From an uncultured Chitinophagaceae bacterium (GTDB lineage Bacteria; Bacteroidota; Bacteroidia; Chitinophagales; LD1), in assembly GCA_964398475.1 (NCBI GenBank), contig CAYNMP010000001.1, positions 211,912-275,911 of the forward strand: a stretch of 64,000 nt of DNA, in the 5' to 3' direction. Below are positions 20,741 through 30,509 of this stretch, piece by piece. The position numbers and the translations under genes were made by a program. The notes beneath the pieces were generated by a model that worked only from the letters and a program-made list of their open reading frames with translations, did not search any database and had not been told where the DNA came from. Numbering within the stretch: the stretch's first letter is position 1; each line of letters opens with the position of its first letter.

Positions 20741-21682
20741 TTAATGATTTAGCTTTTTAAATAACTCCCACATATCGGGTAGTTTTTTTATTAACGCAAA
20801 TTGTTTGGCTGCTACACGTGCTTCTTCAGCAGGTGTGCCGAGGTATGTCTTTCCGGCTTCCAATGATTTTGCAACACTTGCACACGCATAAACCACAACA
20901 TTATCGCTAATAGTGATGTTTTTATTCACCGCCACTTTCCCGTAAAGGGTAACGTAATTCCCTATAACTGTGTTTCCGGCAATGCCTACTTGTCCGGCTA
21001 TGATACAGTTAGCGCCAATTTTTACATCATGACCGATGTGCACTTGGTCGTCAATTTTAGTGCCTTCACCTATAGTTGTTTCACTTGAAACGCCTGCATC
21101 TATAGTACATCCGGCTCCAATCTCCACATTGTTTTTAATAACAACATTACCCGCATTGTGCATTTTTTTGTAACCATCAACAGTTCGTTTATAATAAAAG
21201 GCATCGGCTCCAATGGTAGTATTGGCGTGAATAATCACGTTGTCGCCAATTTCAGTATAAGGATAAATAACAGCAGCGGGGTGTATTACACAATTCTTGC
21301 CTATAGTTACCGATTTACCGATGAATGCTGAAGGGGCAATAAAAGTTCCATCACCAATTAGTGCATCGGAAGCGATTTGTTCAGCAGAGAGTAATGTTGG
21401 TCGATGTTGCTTTGCAAGATTGTCGTACACTTCGTAGGGCTGTTCACAATACAATAAAGTTTTGCCTTCCGGAGCGGCTATTCGTTGGTTAATCAGAATA
21501 ACGGAAGCATTTGATTGTAACGTAGATTTGTAATACTTTTCGTGATCCACAAATGTTATGTCACCTTCCTCCACGTTATGGATTTCATTTAAGCCAAGCA
21601 CCTGCTTATGTTCATCGCCAATTAACTCACAATTGTGGTCGAAGGCAATTTGTTTTGCAGTGGTCGGACTTTTGAACTTCAT
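20741..21682 (-). CDS. lpxD: UDP-3-O-acyl-glucosamine N-acyltransferase (LpxD family, possibly a paralog)
   Basis: LpxD N-terminal domain (GDITF), hexapeptide repeats, VEIGAGCTID, TKIDDQVHIGHDV with the catalytic His. Confidence 0.75.
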   Translation of the reverse strand: MKFKSPTTAKQIAFDHNCELIGDEHKQVLGLNEIHNVEEGDITFVDHEKYYKSTLQSNASVILINQRIAAPEGKTLLYCEQPYEVYDNLAKQHRPTLLSAEQIASDALIGDGTFIAPSAFIGKSVTIGKNCVIHPAAVIYPYTEIGDNVIIHANTTIGADAFYYKRTVDGYKKMHNAGNVVIKNNVEIGAGCTIDAGVSSETTIGEGTKIDDQVHIGHDVKIGANCIIAGQVGIAGNTVIGNYVTLYGKVAVNKNITISDNVVVYACASVAKSLEAGKTYLGTPAEEARVAAKQFALIKKLPDMWELFKKLNH

Positions 21683-21780
21683 GTATTGAAGGTATAATTT
21701 TTAGGCAAATCGAGAATATTCTCCTAAAAGATTAGTCTTTTTTTACTTTTACGCATCCAAAAACTAAAACAGGTCAACTC

Positions 21781-22857
21781 ATGAAAGAAACTGCACTTAC
21801 CGCTGTTCACATATCTCTAGGCGCTAAAATGGCCGAATTTGCCGGCTATAATATGCCCATTTCGTATTCGGGAATCAACAACGAACACCTGCAAGTGCGC
21901 AATAGTGTAGGTGTGTTTGATGTGTCGCACATGGGTGAGTTTGTATTACGTGGTGAAAAAGCTTTGGATTTGATTCAGTTGGTGACCTCGAATGATGCCT
22001 CAAAACTAACGGATGGTAAAATTCAGTATTCATGTTTGCCGAATAACGAAGGCGGCATTGTAGATGATTTATTGGTGTATCGCTGGTCGGCCACGGAATA
22101 TTATTTAGTAGTTAATGCTTCTAACATTGAAAAAGATTGGAATTGGATAGCATCGCACAACACGTTTGGAGTAGAAATGCAGAATATCAGTGATGATTTA
22201 AGTTTGTTGGCTGTGCAGGGGCCGAATGCCACGAAAGTATTACAAACATTGACCGATGTAAATTTAGGCGATATTCCTTACTATGCTTTTGCAACGGGAA
22301 AAATGGCAGGTATTGACGATGTGATTATGTCGAATACAGGCTATACCGGAGCCGGTGGTTTTGAGATTTATGTGTGGAACAAAGATGTAAAAGCCATGTG
22401 GGACGCTATTTTCGAAGCAGGAAAACCATACGGGATATTGCCAACGGGCTTAGCTTGTCGTGATACACTGCGTTTGGAGAAGGCATTCTGTTTGTACGGA
22501 CATGATATTGATGATACCACTTCGCCTATTGAAGCCGGCTTAGGCTGGATTACCAAATTTACGAAAAACTTTGTGCATGCACCATACCACAAACAATTGA
22601 AGGACACGGGTGTGAGCCGTAAATTAGTTGGGTTTGAGATGGTGGACAGAGGAATTCCTCGTCAGCATTACAAGCTAAAAGATGCACAGGGTAATGCAAT
22701 TGGCGAAGTAACTTCAGGTACACAATCGCCATCGTTGAATAAGGCTATTGGTTTAGGCTATGTGAAATCCGAATTTTCAGGAGTTGATACCGAAATATTT
22801 GTAGAGATTCGCAATCAATTGGTAAAAGCGAAAGTGGTGAAAACGCCATTCCTATAA
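21781..22857 (+). CDS. gcvT: Glycine cleavage system aminomethyltransferase T
   Basis: [57 protein letters not shown] end. Confidence 0.97.
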   Translation: MKETALTAVHISLGAKMAEFAGYNMPISYSGINNEHLQVRNSVGVFDVSHMGEFVLRGEKALDLIQLVTSNDASKLTDGKIQYSCLPNNEGGIVDDLLVYRWSATEYYLVVNASNIEKDWNWIASHNTFGVEMQNISDDLSLLAVQGPNATKVLQTLTDVNLGDIPYYAFATGKMAGIDDVIMSNTGYTGAGGFEIYVWNKDVKAMWDAIFEAGKPYGILPTGLACRDTLRLEKAFCLYGHDIDDTTSPIEAGLGWITKFTKNFVHAPYHKQLKDTGVSRKLVGFEMVDRGIPRQHYKLKDAQGNAIGEVTSGTQSPSLNKAIGLGYVKSEFSGVDTEIFVEIRNQLVKAKVVKTPFL

Positions 22858-22924
22858 AAAACTATGGTTTTGCAGAGAAGAGTTTAGAATTTCCAATTTA
22901 GAACTTATATTCGCAACCCGTTTC

Positions 22925-22998
22925 GGTCCTATAGCTCATTCGGTTAGAGCAACTGACTCATAATCAGTAGGTGCTTGGTTCGATTCCAAGTGGGACCA
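22925..22998 (+). tRNA. tRNA with CAT anticodon, most likely tRNA-Ile2 (lysidine-modified); elongator Met not excluded
   Basis: Cloverleaf: acceptor GGTCCTA/TGGGACC, D arm GCTC/GAGC, anticodon arm ACTGA-CTCATAA-TCAGT, T arm CTTGG-TTCGATT-CCAAG, discriminator A; CCA not encoded. C4:G69 and C5:G68 pairs favour Ile2, and the G1:C72 pair excludes initiator. Confidence 0.93.
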
Positions 22999-23012
22999 CA
23001 AATTTAAAACTC

Positions 23013-23045
23013 AATGCCTTGTAAATAAAAAGTTTGCAAGGCGTT
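23013..23045 (+). terminator. Hairpin downstream of tRNA (terminator-like and/or att-associated palindrome)
   Basis: AATGCCTTGTAAA-7 nt-TTTGCAAGGCGTT pairs with two G-U wobbles and is followed by a T-rich run. Confidence 0.6.
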
Positions 23046-23080
23046 TCTGTTTTGGGGAACAACCAAAGAGTGCTCTATAA

Positions 23081-23227
23081 TCAAAGCTCAGTAGGCTCTT
23101 CCGTTTTATTGCGGTGTTTCACGAAGTGTACTACACCTAACACCACTACAATAGGGGATGAAACCACAATGAATGAAATGGCAACGGCAATTGTTTTATA
23201 AACGAATTCAAAAACGTGTAGAATCAT
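23081..23227 (-). CDS. Putative small membrane protein (48 aa), not in the ORF track
   Basis: ATG 23227 to TGA 23081: MILHVFEFVYKTIAVAISFIVVSSPIVVVLGVVHFVKHRNKTEEPTEL. Long hydrophobic core followed by a charged tail. Confidence 0.45.
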   Translation of the reverse strand: MILHVFEFVYKTIAVAISFIVVSSPIVVVLGVVHFVKHRNKTEEPTEL

Positions 23228-23303
23228 TCAACAATTTACAACTTAAGGGGATAGAATGCAAGTGGGTGTTTCAAAAGTGAATTTTAATGTTTCCGTAGTC
23301 TGT

Positions 23304-24539
23304 TTAAACATTGTCTTCCTTCACCCCATACCACCGATTTATCAAATCCAGCAATGGAGAAGTAAGCACTGTTGAAATGATGGCCACCAAAGTAAGTATC
23401 GTAAACAGTGATTCCGGTAATATACCAAGGTCGTAGCCCAAATTTAAGACAATGAGTTCCATTAACCCGCGGGTGTTCATCAAAACGCCTATGCTCCACG
23501 ATTGATACCACGTTTTTCCTGTCATACGAGCAGGAATGGCAGTCCCTATTATCTTTCCGCCAAAGGCAAGGAGAAGTACAATAACAAATAATCCAATTAA
23601 CTCCGGACTGTTCAATAAATTAACTTTGGTTCGTAAACCTGTAACCACAAAAAATAACGGTAAGAACAATACTGTTGTGAGCATTTCAATTTTGTGCGTT
23701 AGTTTTTCTTTTATTTTATTTTTTTCTGGCATAATAATACCGGCCAAGAACGCACCAAACAATGCGTGTATACCTATTACAGAGGTTATTAGTCCGAATA
23801 GTAAAAGACAAATAATCACCAACGAAAAAGAAGAAGGATGAATAATAGCCTTGTCAGAAAAATGGTTTTCTAAATAAGGTTTCACCGCAAAAATGGAAAA
23901 CAATAATAGCGCAATAATGGCCATCACTTGATATATTGACGAGATAAGCGAATGCCCCTGCACGATGGTCGTAATGGCCGCTAACATTACCCACGCAATA
24001 ACATCAACCATGGCCGCTACTCCGGTTACAAAAATGCCCATTGGCGTCTGCAACATCGAACGTTCGCCCAAAATGCGTATCAACACCGGAAAGGCAGTTA
24101 CGCTCATGCTAATCCCTACAAACAACACAAAACTGAATTGTGAAGGATGATTCGGCTGGGTTTCATCAAAAATAAAGTAGGCGAAAATACAGCCTAAAAT
24201 AAAGGGGAATAGAATACTTGAAGAACTCACCAATAAAGACTGTTTGGCTGTCCCTTTCAGCTTTTCCATATCGAATTCCATGCCTACAATAAACATAAAC
24301 AAGAGCAGCCCAATTTGGCTTAACTGCTGCAACGTGCCAATAGATTCTTTTGGGAAAACAAAGCCAAAAGTAGTTGGGAACAATGCGCCTACCAGCGAGG
24401 GCCCAAGTACAATGCCCGCTATAATTTCACCAATAACGGCCGGCTGGTTTATGGCTTTAAATAAGAAGCCAAACAATTTTACTGTGCTCAAGATAACGAG
24501 CAACTGAAACAACAGTAATCCTGTATTATCGAAATGCAT
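23304..24539 (-). CDS. Cation:proton antiporter (CPA2 / Kef-type membrane domain only)
   Basis: QPAVIGEIIAGIVLGPS, LFMFIVGME, MSVTAFPVLIRIL, FGAFLAG, LMNTRGLMELIVL. About 12 hydrophobic helices and no cytoplasmic C-terminal domain. Confidence 0.9.
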   Translation of the reverse strand: MHFDNTGLLLFQLLVILSTVKLFGFLFKAINQPAVIGEIIAGIVLGPSLVGALFPTTFGFVFPKESIGTLQQLSQIGLLLFMFIVGMEFDMEKLKGTAKQSLLVSSSSILFPFILGCIFAYFIFDETQPNHPSQFSFVLFVGISMSVTAFPVLIRILGERSMLQTPMGIFVTGVAAMVDVIAWVMLAAITTIVQGHSLISSIYQVMAIIALLLFSIFAVKPYLENHFSDKAIIHPSSFSLVIICLLLFGLITSVIGIHALFGAFLAGIIMPEKNKIKEKLTHKIEMLTTVLFLPLFFVVTGLRTKVNLLNSPELIGLFVIVLLLAFGGKIIGTAIPARMTGKTWYQSWSIGVLMNTRGLMELIVLNLGYDLGILPESLFTILTLVAIISTVLTSPLLDLINRWYGVKEDNV

Positions 24540-24641
24540 ATGTGCGAATATATAAGAGTTTTGCAGTTTCAGAGAATGATAAAAATTAGTTCCATCCCAT
24601 AGAACCGAAAACTGTGGGAAGTGTTTTTTTGAAGTTGTTCT

Positions 24642-25553
24642 TTAAATTGGATAAACAGTCCCTTCTATCGCTAGTAATGTATTTGGGAATACCGTTTGGC
24701 ATTCATCTTTTAGTATTTCCAGGTTATCATACCGCGCAGAGTAATGCCCAATAATTAACGTGCCTACATTTGCTTTTTGCGCAATTGTTGCAGCCTCAAT
24801 AGTGGTGGAGTGGAATGTTTCTTTGGCTCGAAAAGCATGTTCCGTGCCGAAAGTAGCTTCGTGGTATAGTACGGTTACGTCTTTAATTTGATCCAGAATA
24901 GGTTCGTGATAACAAGTATCGCTGCAAAAGGCATAGCTTTTGGGTTTGCTCGGTGGCAAGGTTAACTCGGTATTCAAAATTCGATTGCCGTTACCATCAA
25001 TAAAATCCTCTCCTCCTTTAATCTTCGCTATCTCGCCAACCGGAATTTGGTATTGTTGAATTTTTTCCGGAAGTATTTTTCGTAAGCCTTCCTTTTCACG
25101 GAACAAAAAGCCTGTAGTAGGTATGCGATGTGCCAACGGAATGGATTCTACAGTAAGAAACGAATTCTCGAAAATAATAGCCGCTTTTTCGGGATGCACC
25201 ACGTGAAACTCAATAGGGTAGCGCAATACCGTTTGTGCATGTTTGAAATGCGCGCGTATAATTTCTTCAATACCTTCATTGCCATATATATGCAAAGGCG
25301 CTTCACGATAATTCAAGTTGAAGGAGCTAATCAACCCCATCAACCCAAAAAAGTGATCGCCATGTAAGTGTGAAATGAAAACGTGATCGAGTTTAGCCCT
25401 GCGAATATTATGCTTCGCCATTTGCATTTGCGTGCCTTCTCCACAATCAATGAGGAAACCGTGACCGTTGTAGTTTAGGAAATGGCTTGTAGGATGTCGG
25501 TCGTATGCCGGAATCGCACCACTACATCCCAATATAGTAACTTCAAACTGCAT
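24642..25553 (-). CDS. rnz: Ribonuclease Z
   Basis: LIDCGEGTQ, ISHLHGDH (HxHxDH), CSDT, HEATF, HST and GHYSARY motifs. Confidence 0.96.
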   Translation of the reverse strand: MQFEVTILGCSGAIPAYDRHPTSHFLNYNGHGFLIDCGEGTQMQMAKHNIRRAKLDHVFISHLHGDHFFGLMGLISSFNLNYREAPLHIYGNEGIEEIIRAHFKHAQTVLRYPIEFHVVHPEKAAIIFENSFLTVESIPLAHRIPTTGFLFREKEGLRKILPEKIQQYQIPVGEIAKIKGGEDFIDGNGNRILNTELTLPPSKPKSYAFCSDTCYHEPILDQIKDVTVLYHEATFGTEHAFRAKETFHSTTIEAATIAQKANVGTLIIGHYSARYDNLEILKDECQTVFPNTLLAIEGTVYPI

Positions 25554-25558
25554 GCAAA

Positions 25559-25927
25559 TTAGCTGCGTAAATCTCTATCCAACTCCTCCATCATCACATA
25601 ATCAATAGCTTCCGATAGGGTAGGAATAATGGTAAGGATAGATTCGAGCTGAGAAATTTTGACTAGCTTTTGAATGTGCGCACTTAAATTGGTTAATACA
25701 AATGTGCCTTCGTTCTCTTTTGCTAATCGGTTACCCACTAGCAATGCGCTTAAGCCCGATGAATCAACAAATTGCACATGCGATAAATCCAAAATGATGT
25801 TTTTGTATTCATCTTTTGCCAGATTCAACAATTCAGATTTTAGTTCAGGTGCATGGTTGCTCAATAACTTATCGTCATCTATTTGAAAAATGCAAAACCG
25901 CTCACGCTTATCTAAAGAGAATTTCAT
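25559..25927 (-). CDS. STAS domain protein (anti-sigma factor antagonist family)
   Basis: IILDLSHVQFVDSSGLSALL motif. Start placed at MKFSLDK. Confidence 0.88.
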   Translation of the reverse strand: MKFSLDKRERFCIFQIDDDKLLSNHAPELKSELLNLAKDEYKNIILDLSHVQFVDSSGLSALLVGNRLAKENEGTFVLTNLSAHIQKLVKISQLESILTIIPTLSEAIDYVMMEELDRDLRS

Positions 25928-26063
25928 TATAACGAATTTTCTCAAAGCTAATATATAATCTTAGAAGTGTCAATAGATAGGTCAATAAAATATACAGATT
26001 TAAAAGCACGTGTAATATTTTATTTGCAAGATTGACAGAGTTTATGCTATTTTACCGATAACT

Positions 26064-26099
26064 AAGCTGTTAAACGCCATTTTGGCGGTTTAGCAGCTT
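26064..26099 (+). promoter_or_regulatory. Stable hairpin in the clpC upstream region
   Basis: AAGCTGTTAAAC-GCC-ATTTT-GGC-G-GTTTAGCAGCTT, ending 27 nt before the clpC ATG. Confidence 0.45.
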
Positions 26100-26126
26100 T
26101 GGTTTAATAATTGATTTGAAAGCAAT

Positions 26127-28667
26127 ATGGAGGCAAAATTTTCACCAAAAGTAAAGGAAGTGATTTCCTACAGTCGCGAAGAAGCTTTGCGATTGGGACA
26201 CGATTATATTGGCATCGAACACTTGTTGTTGGGGCTCATTCGCGAAGGCGAAGGGTTAGCCGTGAAAACAATGCGCTCATTACAAATCGATTTGATTCTG
26301 TTTAGAAAGCAAATTGAAGATTCGATTAAAGAAAAATCGTCTAAAACGGTTTATAATCCGAACTCTTTGCCATTAACGAAACAAGCTGAAAAGGTCTTAA
26401 AGATTACTGTTCTTGAGGCAAAAGTGATGCGTTCTGATGTGATTGGAACGGAGCATTTAATGTTGTCGATTTTAAAGAGTAAAGACAATATTGTTTCGCA
26501 ATTATTAGCGCAACATGATGTAGATTACGATGTGTTTAAAGCAGAGTTAGACATCGTGCAAAACCAAATCAAAGCCGAGTTGCCCAACGAATCGGATGAT
26601 GACTCATACGAAGACGAGCGCAACAAAGGTTCTTTCGGTAATGCAGGTGCCAAAAAAGGGGCAGCTTCAAAATCGAAAACGCCTGTGTTGGATAATTTTG
26701 GTCGCGATGTTACTGCTGCAGCTGAAGAAGGAACACTTGATCCAATTGTAGGCCGTGAGGCAGAAATTGAAAGGGTTTCACAAATTCTATCAAGAAGAAA
26801 AAAGAACAATCCGATTTTGATCGGAGAACCCGGAGTGGGAAAAACAGCCGTAGTAGAAGGCTTGGCACTTCGTATCATTCAAAAACGGGTATCGCGCGTG
26901 TTGTTCAACAAACGCATTGTAATGTTGGATTTAGCGGCTTTAGTAGCCGGAACGAAATACCGCGGTCAGTTTGAAGAGCGTATGAAGGCCATCATGACCG
27001 AATTGGAAAAGAATAAGGATGTAATTTTGTTCATCGATGAAATTCACACTATTGTAGGTGCCGGAGGTGCAACAGGTTCGTTGGATGCGTCTAACATTTT
27101 CAAACCGGCCTTAGCCCGAGGTGAACTGCAATGTATTGGTGCGTCTACGTTAGATGAGTACCGTCAGAATATTGAAAAAGACGGAGCTTTAGATAGACGT
27201 TTCCAGAAGGTAATTATCGATCCGCCATCTCCGGAGGAAACGATTGAAATCTTAACGAATATCAAAGGCAAATACGAAGAGTATCACAATGTGGAATATT
27301 CTAAAGATGCTGTGGATGCTTGTGTGAAATTAAGTACACGCTATATCACCGATCGTTTCTTGCCCGATAAAGCGATTGACGTATTGGATGAAGTTGGCGC
27401 GCGTGTGCATTTGAAAAATATTCACGTGCCCAAAAATATTGTTGAACTCGAAAAACAAATCGAGGACATCAAAGTAGAAAAAAATCAGGTGGTGAAGTCG
27501 CAGAAATACGAAGAAGCGGCTCAGTTGCGTGATCGCGAAAAGAATCTGTTAGAGCAATTAGATACTGCAAAAAATCAGTGGGAAGAAGATGCGAAAAACG
27601 CACGCTATCCTGTAGGTGAAGAAGATATTGCTGAAGTAGTGGCTATGATGACTGGAATTCCTGTAAGCAAAGTAGCACAGACAGAAGGTGTGAAGTTACT
27701 TTCTATGGGTACAGAGCTGAAGGGTGCGGTTATCGGTCAAGATGAGGCTATTGCAAAAGTGGTGAAAGCCATTCAACGAAACCGGGTAGGTTTAAAAGAT
27801 CCTAAAAAACCTATAGGAACCTTTATTTTCTTGGGACCCACCGGAGTTGGAAAAACGGAATTAGCGAAAGCCATTTCAAAATATTTGTTTGACAGTGAAG
27901 AGGCTTTGGTGCGTATCGACATGAGTGAATACATGGAGAAATTCTCTGTGTCGCGCCTCGTTGGTGCGCCTCCGGGCTATGTTGGCTACGAAGAAGGGGG
28001 ACAATTAACAGAGAAAGTGCGCAGAAAGCCTTATTCAGTAGTGCTTTTAGATGAGATTGAAAAGGCGCATCCGGATGTGTTCAATATCTTATTACAAGTA
28101 TTTGACGATGGAATTTTGACCGATAGTTTGGGTAGAAAAGTGGATTTCAAAAATTCATTGATTATTATGACGTCAAACATCGGAGCTCGTGATTTGAAAG
28201 ACTTTGGTACTGGTGTTGGTTTTGCAACCAAAGCAAAAACGGATAACAATGACGAGATGAGCAAAAATGTGATCTCAAAAGCATTGAAACGCACGTTTTC
28301 ACCTGAGTTCTTGAACCGTATCGATGATATCGTTATTTTTAATTCGTTGGATAAAGACTCTATTTTCAGCATTATTGATATTGCTATGGCAAGTTTGTTG
28401 AAACGTTTGCAAACCATCGGCTATGATATTCGCTTAACGGATGCCGCTAAATCATTCCTTTCTGATAAAGGCTACGATCCGGCATTTGGCGCTAGGCCAC
28501 TGCACCGTGCCATTCAGAAGTATGTAGAAGACCCATTAGCCGAAGAAATTTTACGCGCTAATGCTAAACCGGGCGATTTGTTTGAATTGGATGTAGATAC
28601 CGAAAATGATAAATTGAAAACCATACATCATCCAGCACAAACGGTAACAAGCACAGAAAACGAATAA
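26127..28667 (+). CDS. clpC: ATP-dependent Clp protease ATP-binding subunit ClpC
   Basis: Two Clp-N repeats (EHLLLG, EHLML), Walker A motifs GEPGVGKT and [11 protein letters not shown] coiled coil (AAQLRD), GARPL. Confidence 0.95.
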   Translation: MEAKFSPKVKEVISYSREEALRLGHDYIGIEHLLLGLIREGEGLAVKTMRSLQIDLILFRKQIEDSIKEKSSKTVYNPNSLPLTKQAEKVLKITVLEAKVMRSDVIGTEHLMLSILKSKDNIVSQLLAQHDVDYDVFKAELDIVQNQIKAELPNESDDDSYEDERNKGSFGNAGAKKGAASKSKTPVLDNFGRDVTAAAEEGTLDPIVGREAEIERVSQILSRRKKNNPILIGEPGVGKTAVVEGLALRIIQKRVSRVLFNKRIVMLDLAALVAGTKYRGQFEERMKAIMTELEKNKDVILFIDEIHTIVGAGGATGSLDASNIFKPALARGELQCIGASTLDEYRQNIEKDGALDRRFQKVIIDPPSPEETIEILTNIKGKYEEYHNVEYSKDAVDACVKLSTRYITDRFLPDKAIDVLDEVGARVHLKNIHVPKNIVELEKQIEDIKVEKNQVVKSQKYEEAAQLRDREKNLLEQLDTAKNQWEEDAKNARYPVGEEDIAEVVAMMTGIPVSKVAQTEGVKLLSMGTELKGAVIGQDEAIAKVVKAIQRNRVGLKDPKKPIGTFIFLGPTGVGKTELAKAISKYLFDSEEALVRIDMSEYMEKFSVSRLVGAPPGYVGYEEGGQLTEKVRRKPYSVVLLDEIEKAHPDVFNILLQVFDDGILTDSLGRKVDFKNSLIIMTSNIGARDLKDFGTGVGFATKAKTDNNDEMSKNVISKALKRTFSPEFLNRIDDIVIFNSLDKDSIFSIIDIAMASLLKRLQTIGYDIRLTDAAKSFLSDKGYDPAFGARPLHRAIQKYVEDPLAEEILRANAKPGDLFELDVDTENDKLKTIHHPAQTVTSTENE

Positions 28668-28796
28668 TGGTTAAGACTTAATTCGATTAAAGTTGCTTTA
28701 AATGTGGGGGATACTCCTTCGTTTGATAGAATGCATTAATCTTCCCGCTATCTCAGCATTGCATGAGAATAAGGAAATGGATATAGCGTAAATAGG

Positions 28797-28834
28797 ATAG
28801 GCGTGTTGTTTCAGCTAAAGGCATACACGCCTAT
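28797..28834. terminator. Inverted repeat between convergent genes (probable terminator)
   Basis: ATAGGCGTGT-18 nt-ACACGCCTAT exact 10-bp arms, overlapping the stop of the minus-strand gene. Confidence 0.5.
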
Positions 28835-30267
28835 TTAGTTTCTTTTAGCCAATTTTGGTATTGTAGCAACCCGAATAGATTTGCAGTAGATGCGCCAGAA
28901 TTTTTTAGTTCTTCAAGCGTTTCCTTTTTAGCACTGATTATGTTTTTGGCAGTTACTTTCTTGAAAAAATTAATCAAAATGGCGTGTGTGTTATAGTTGC
29001 TTGATTTGATGTCAATTTTTTTAGCGGCTTGTTGTGCCATGTTTTTGAGCAGAGAATAATTCCCCATTTCGAGTTGAGTCATTAACTGCAAAATCAATAC
29101 ATCCGATGTGTTAGACATGTTTTGCTTGAGTACATGAAACGATTCGTTTAAACACATCCAGCAATCCAAATATTTTTTGTTGCAAAAAAACAATACCGAG
29201 CGAATAATATAATAGGCCCGTATTGCTCGCAAACCCGGAGCATCTTGTTTAGATTGCAAGAGTGTCAATACTTCTGCATTTGTTTCGTTCATGGCTTTCA
29301 AGCCTAAAGGATATTGTTCAGCCTCAATATAAATCATCCATTTTCGGATATTTCCCCATACAAAGGCTAAATTATAATACAGCATCATACTTCCTTCCGA
29401 TGCAATCATTTCATCGCAAAAAGCAAGGCCTTCTTCGAATTGCTTCATTTCAACACAACTCAAAATATGGTTGTCGAATGCGGAAATTGTGTACAAAGAC
29501 GAATCGTTGTTTTTTCTAAAATCTTTGGATAAGGAAACTCGGTTTTTTGTGAGCGTCATGAGTTCTTTGGAGTCGAAATGCAACAGGCTTATCCAATTTT
29601 GCACTTCCGATTTTTTAATTTCAGCACGTTTCGAATCCGTTTTTTTGAGTGCAATTTTTCGTTCGATTTGTTTGAATTCTGCCGGTGATATAGTGCTAAT
29701 AGTTCTACTTTTGGCAAACCATTCCATACTCAGCAATTCCAATTCTGTAAGGTTGGTTTCCTGGCGAATGTTTTCCTCCATTTCCATCTTATAGGAATTC
29801 ATAATTAGCCACATATCGCTTTTTTGATTGAATGTTTGCGAGGCTAGATCCCTTTTTATGCGCTCTAGGTAACGGATAATGGTAAATAACTCCATTTTGT
29901 GGCTCGTTTCAAGGGCTTTTTTAATGAGTCGTAACGATTCGTTGTAAAGTCCTTTTACGAGCATCAAATGAATCTTTTGTATTTGATTCAGCAATTGTAT
30001 ATGCGGATGATTATTCCGATAGTAAATAAGCATTGCATCGGTAATCATGTCTTTTAAATAGACTTTTGTGCGAGCGTAGTTTTTGAAGTTTTTTTTAAGT
30101 TGCGATTCATCAAAAGTATCTTGCTTTGCAATGGCATTAAAAACTTTAAGGTAAATGCTGTCAGTTGTTGTGTGGCGGGTTGCAAACTTCTTAAAGTATC
30201 CCTTTTCTTCCACGGAAAGAGAATGGATTAAGCGAAATAACTCATCAGAACCGATAGTACGTGCCAT
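28831..30267 (-). CDS. Uncharacterised ~478-aa all-helical cytoplasmic protein (possible regulator)
   Basis: Long ORF starting MARTIGSDELFRLIHSLSVEEKGYFKKFA. No signal peptide or TM segment; TPR-like amphipathic helices in the C-terminal two thirds. Confidence 0.75.
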   Translation of the reverse strand: MARTIGSDELFRLIHSLSVEEKGYFKKFATRHTTTDSIYLKVFNAIAKQDTFDESQLKKNFKNYARTKVYLKDMITDAMLIYYRNNHPHIQLLNQIQKIHLMLVKGLYNESLRLIKKALETSHKMELFTIIRYLERIKRDLASQTFNQKSDMWLIMNSYKMEMEENIRQETNLTELELLSMEWFAKSRTISTISPAEFKQIERKIALKKTDSKRAEIKKSEVQNWISLLHFDSKELMTLTKNRVSLSKDFRKNNDSSLYTISAFDNHILSCVEMKQFEEGLAFCDEMIASEGSMMLYYNLAFVWGNIRKWMIYIEAEQYPLGLKAMNETNAEVLTLLQSKQDAPGLRAIRAYYIIRSVLFFCNKKYLDCWMCLNESFHVLKQNMSNTSDVLILQLMTQLEMGNYSLLKNMAQQAAKKIDIKSSNYNTHAILINFFKKVTAKNIISAKKETLEELKNSGASTANLFGLLQYQNWLKETK

Positions 30268-30509
30268 GCTGCGTTTATTGATGAATAACAAAAGGAATGT
30301 CAAATTAAAGTTAACAATCTTGCTCTTAAAATTAATTCTGGCGGAAGAGTCAATACCATGCGATTTGTAATAATTGAGCTATTTACATTAAAGGAATAGT
30401 GTTCTAATAGATAAATTTAAACTAATATATTTTACACTAAACAAGTAAATCAATAGTTACAGGGTAAAACGCCTGTGTTTTTTTGAATTAAAAAATAATA
30501 CGCTACAGC

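Noticed and set aside
22999-24641. Intact integrative element at the tRNA
   Set aside because: No integrase and no direct repeat of the tRNA 3' end; the best match near 24613 is only GTGGGA. Kept only as a weak scar hypothesis.
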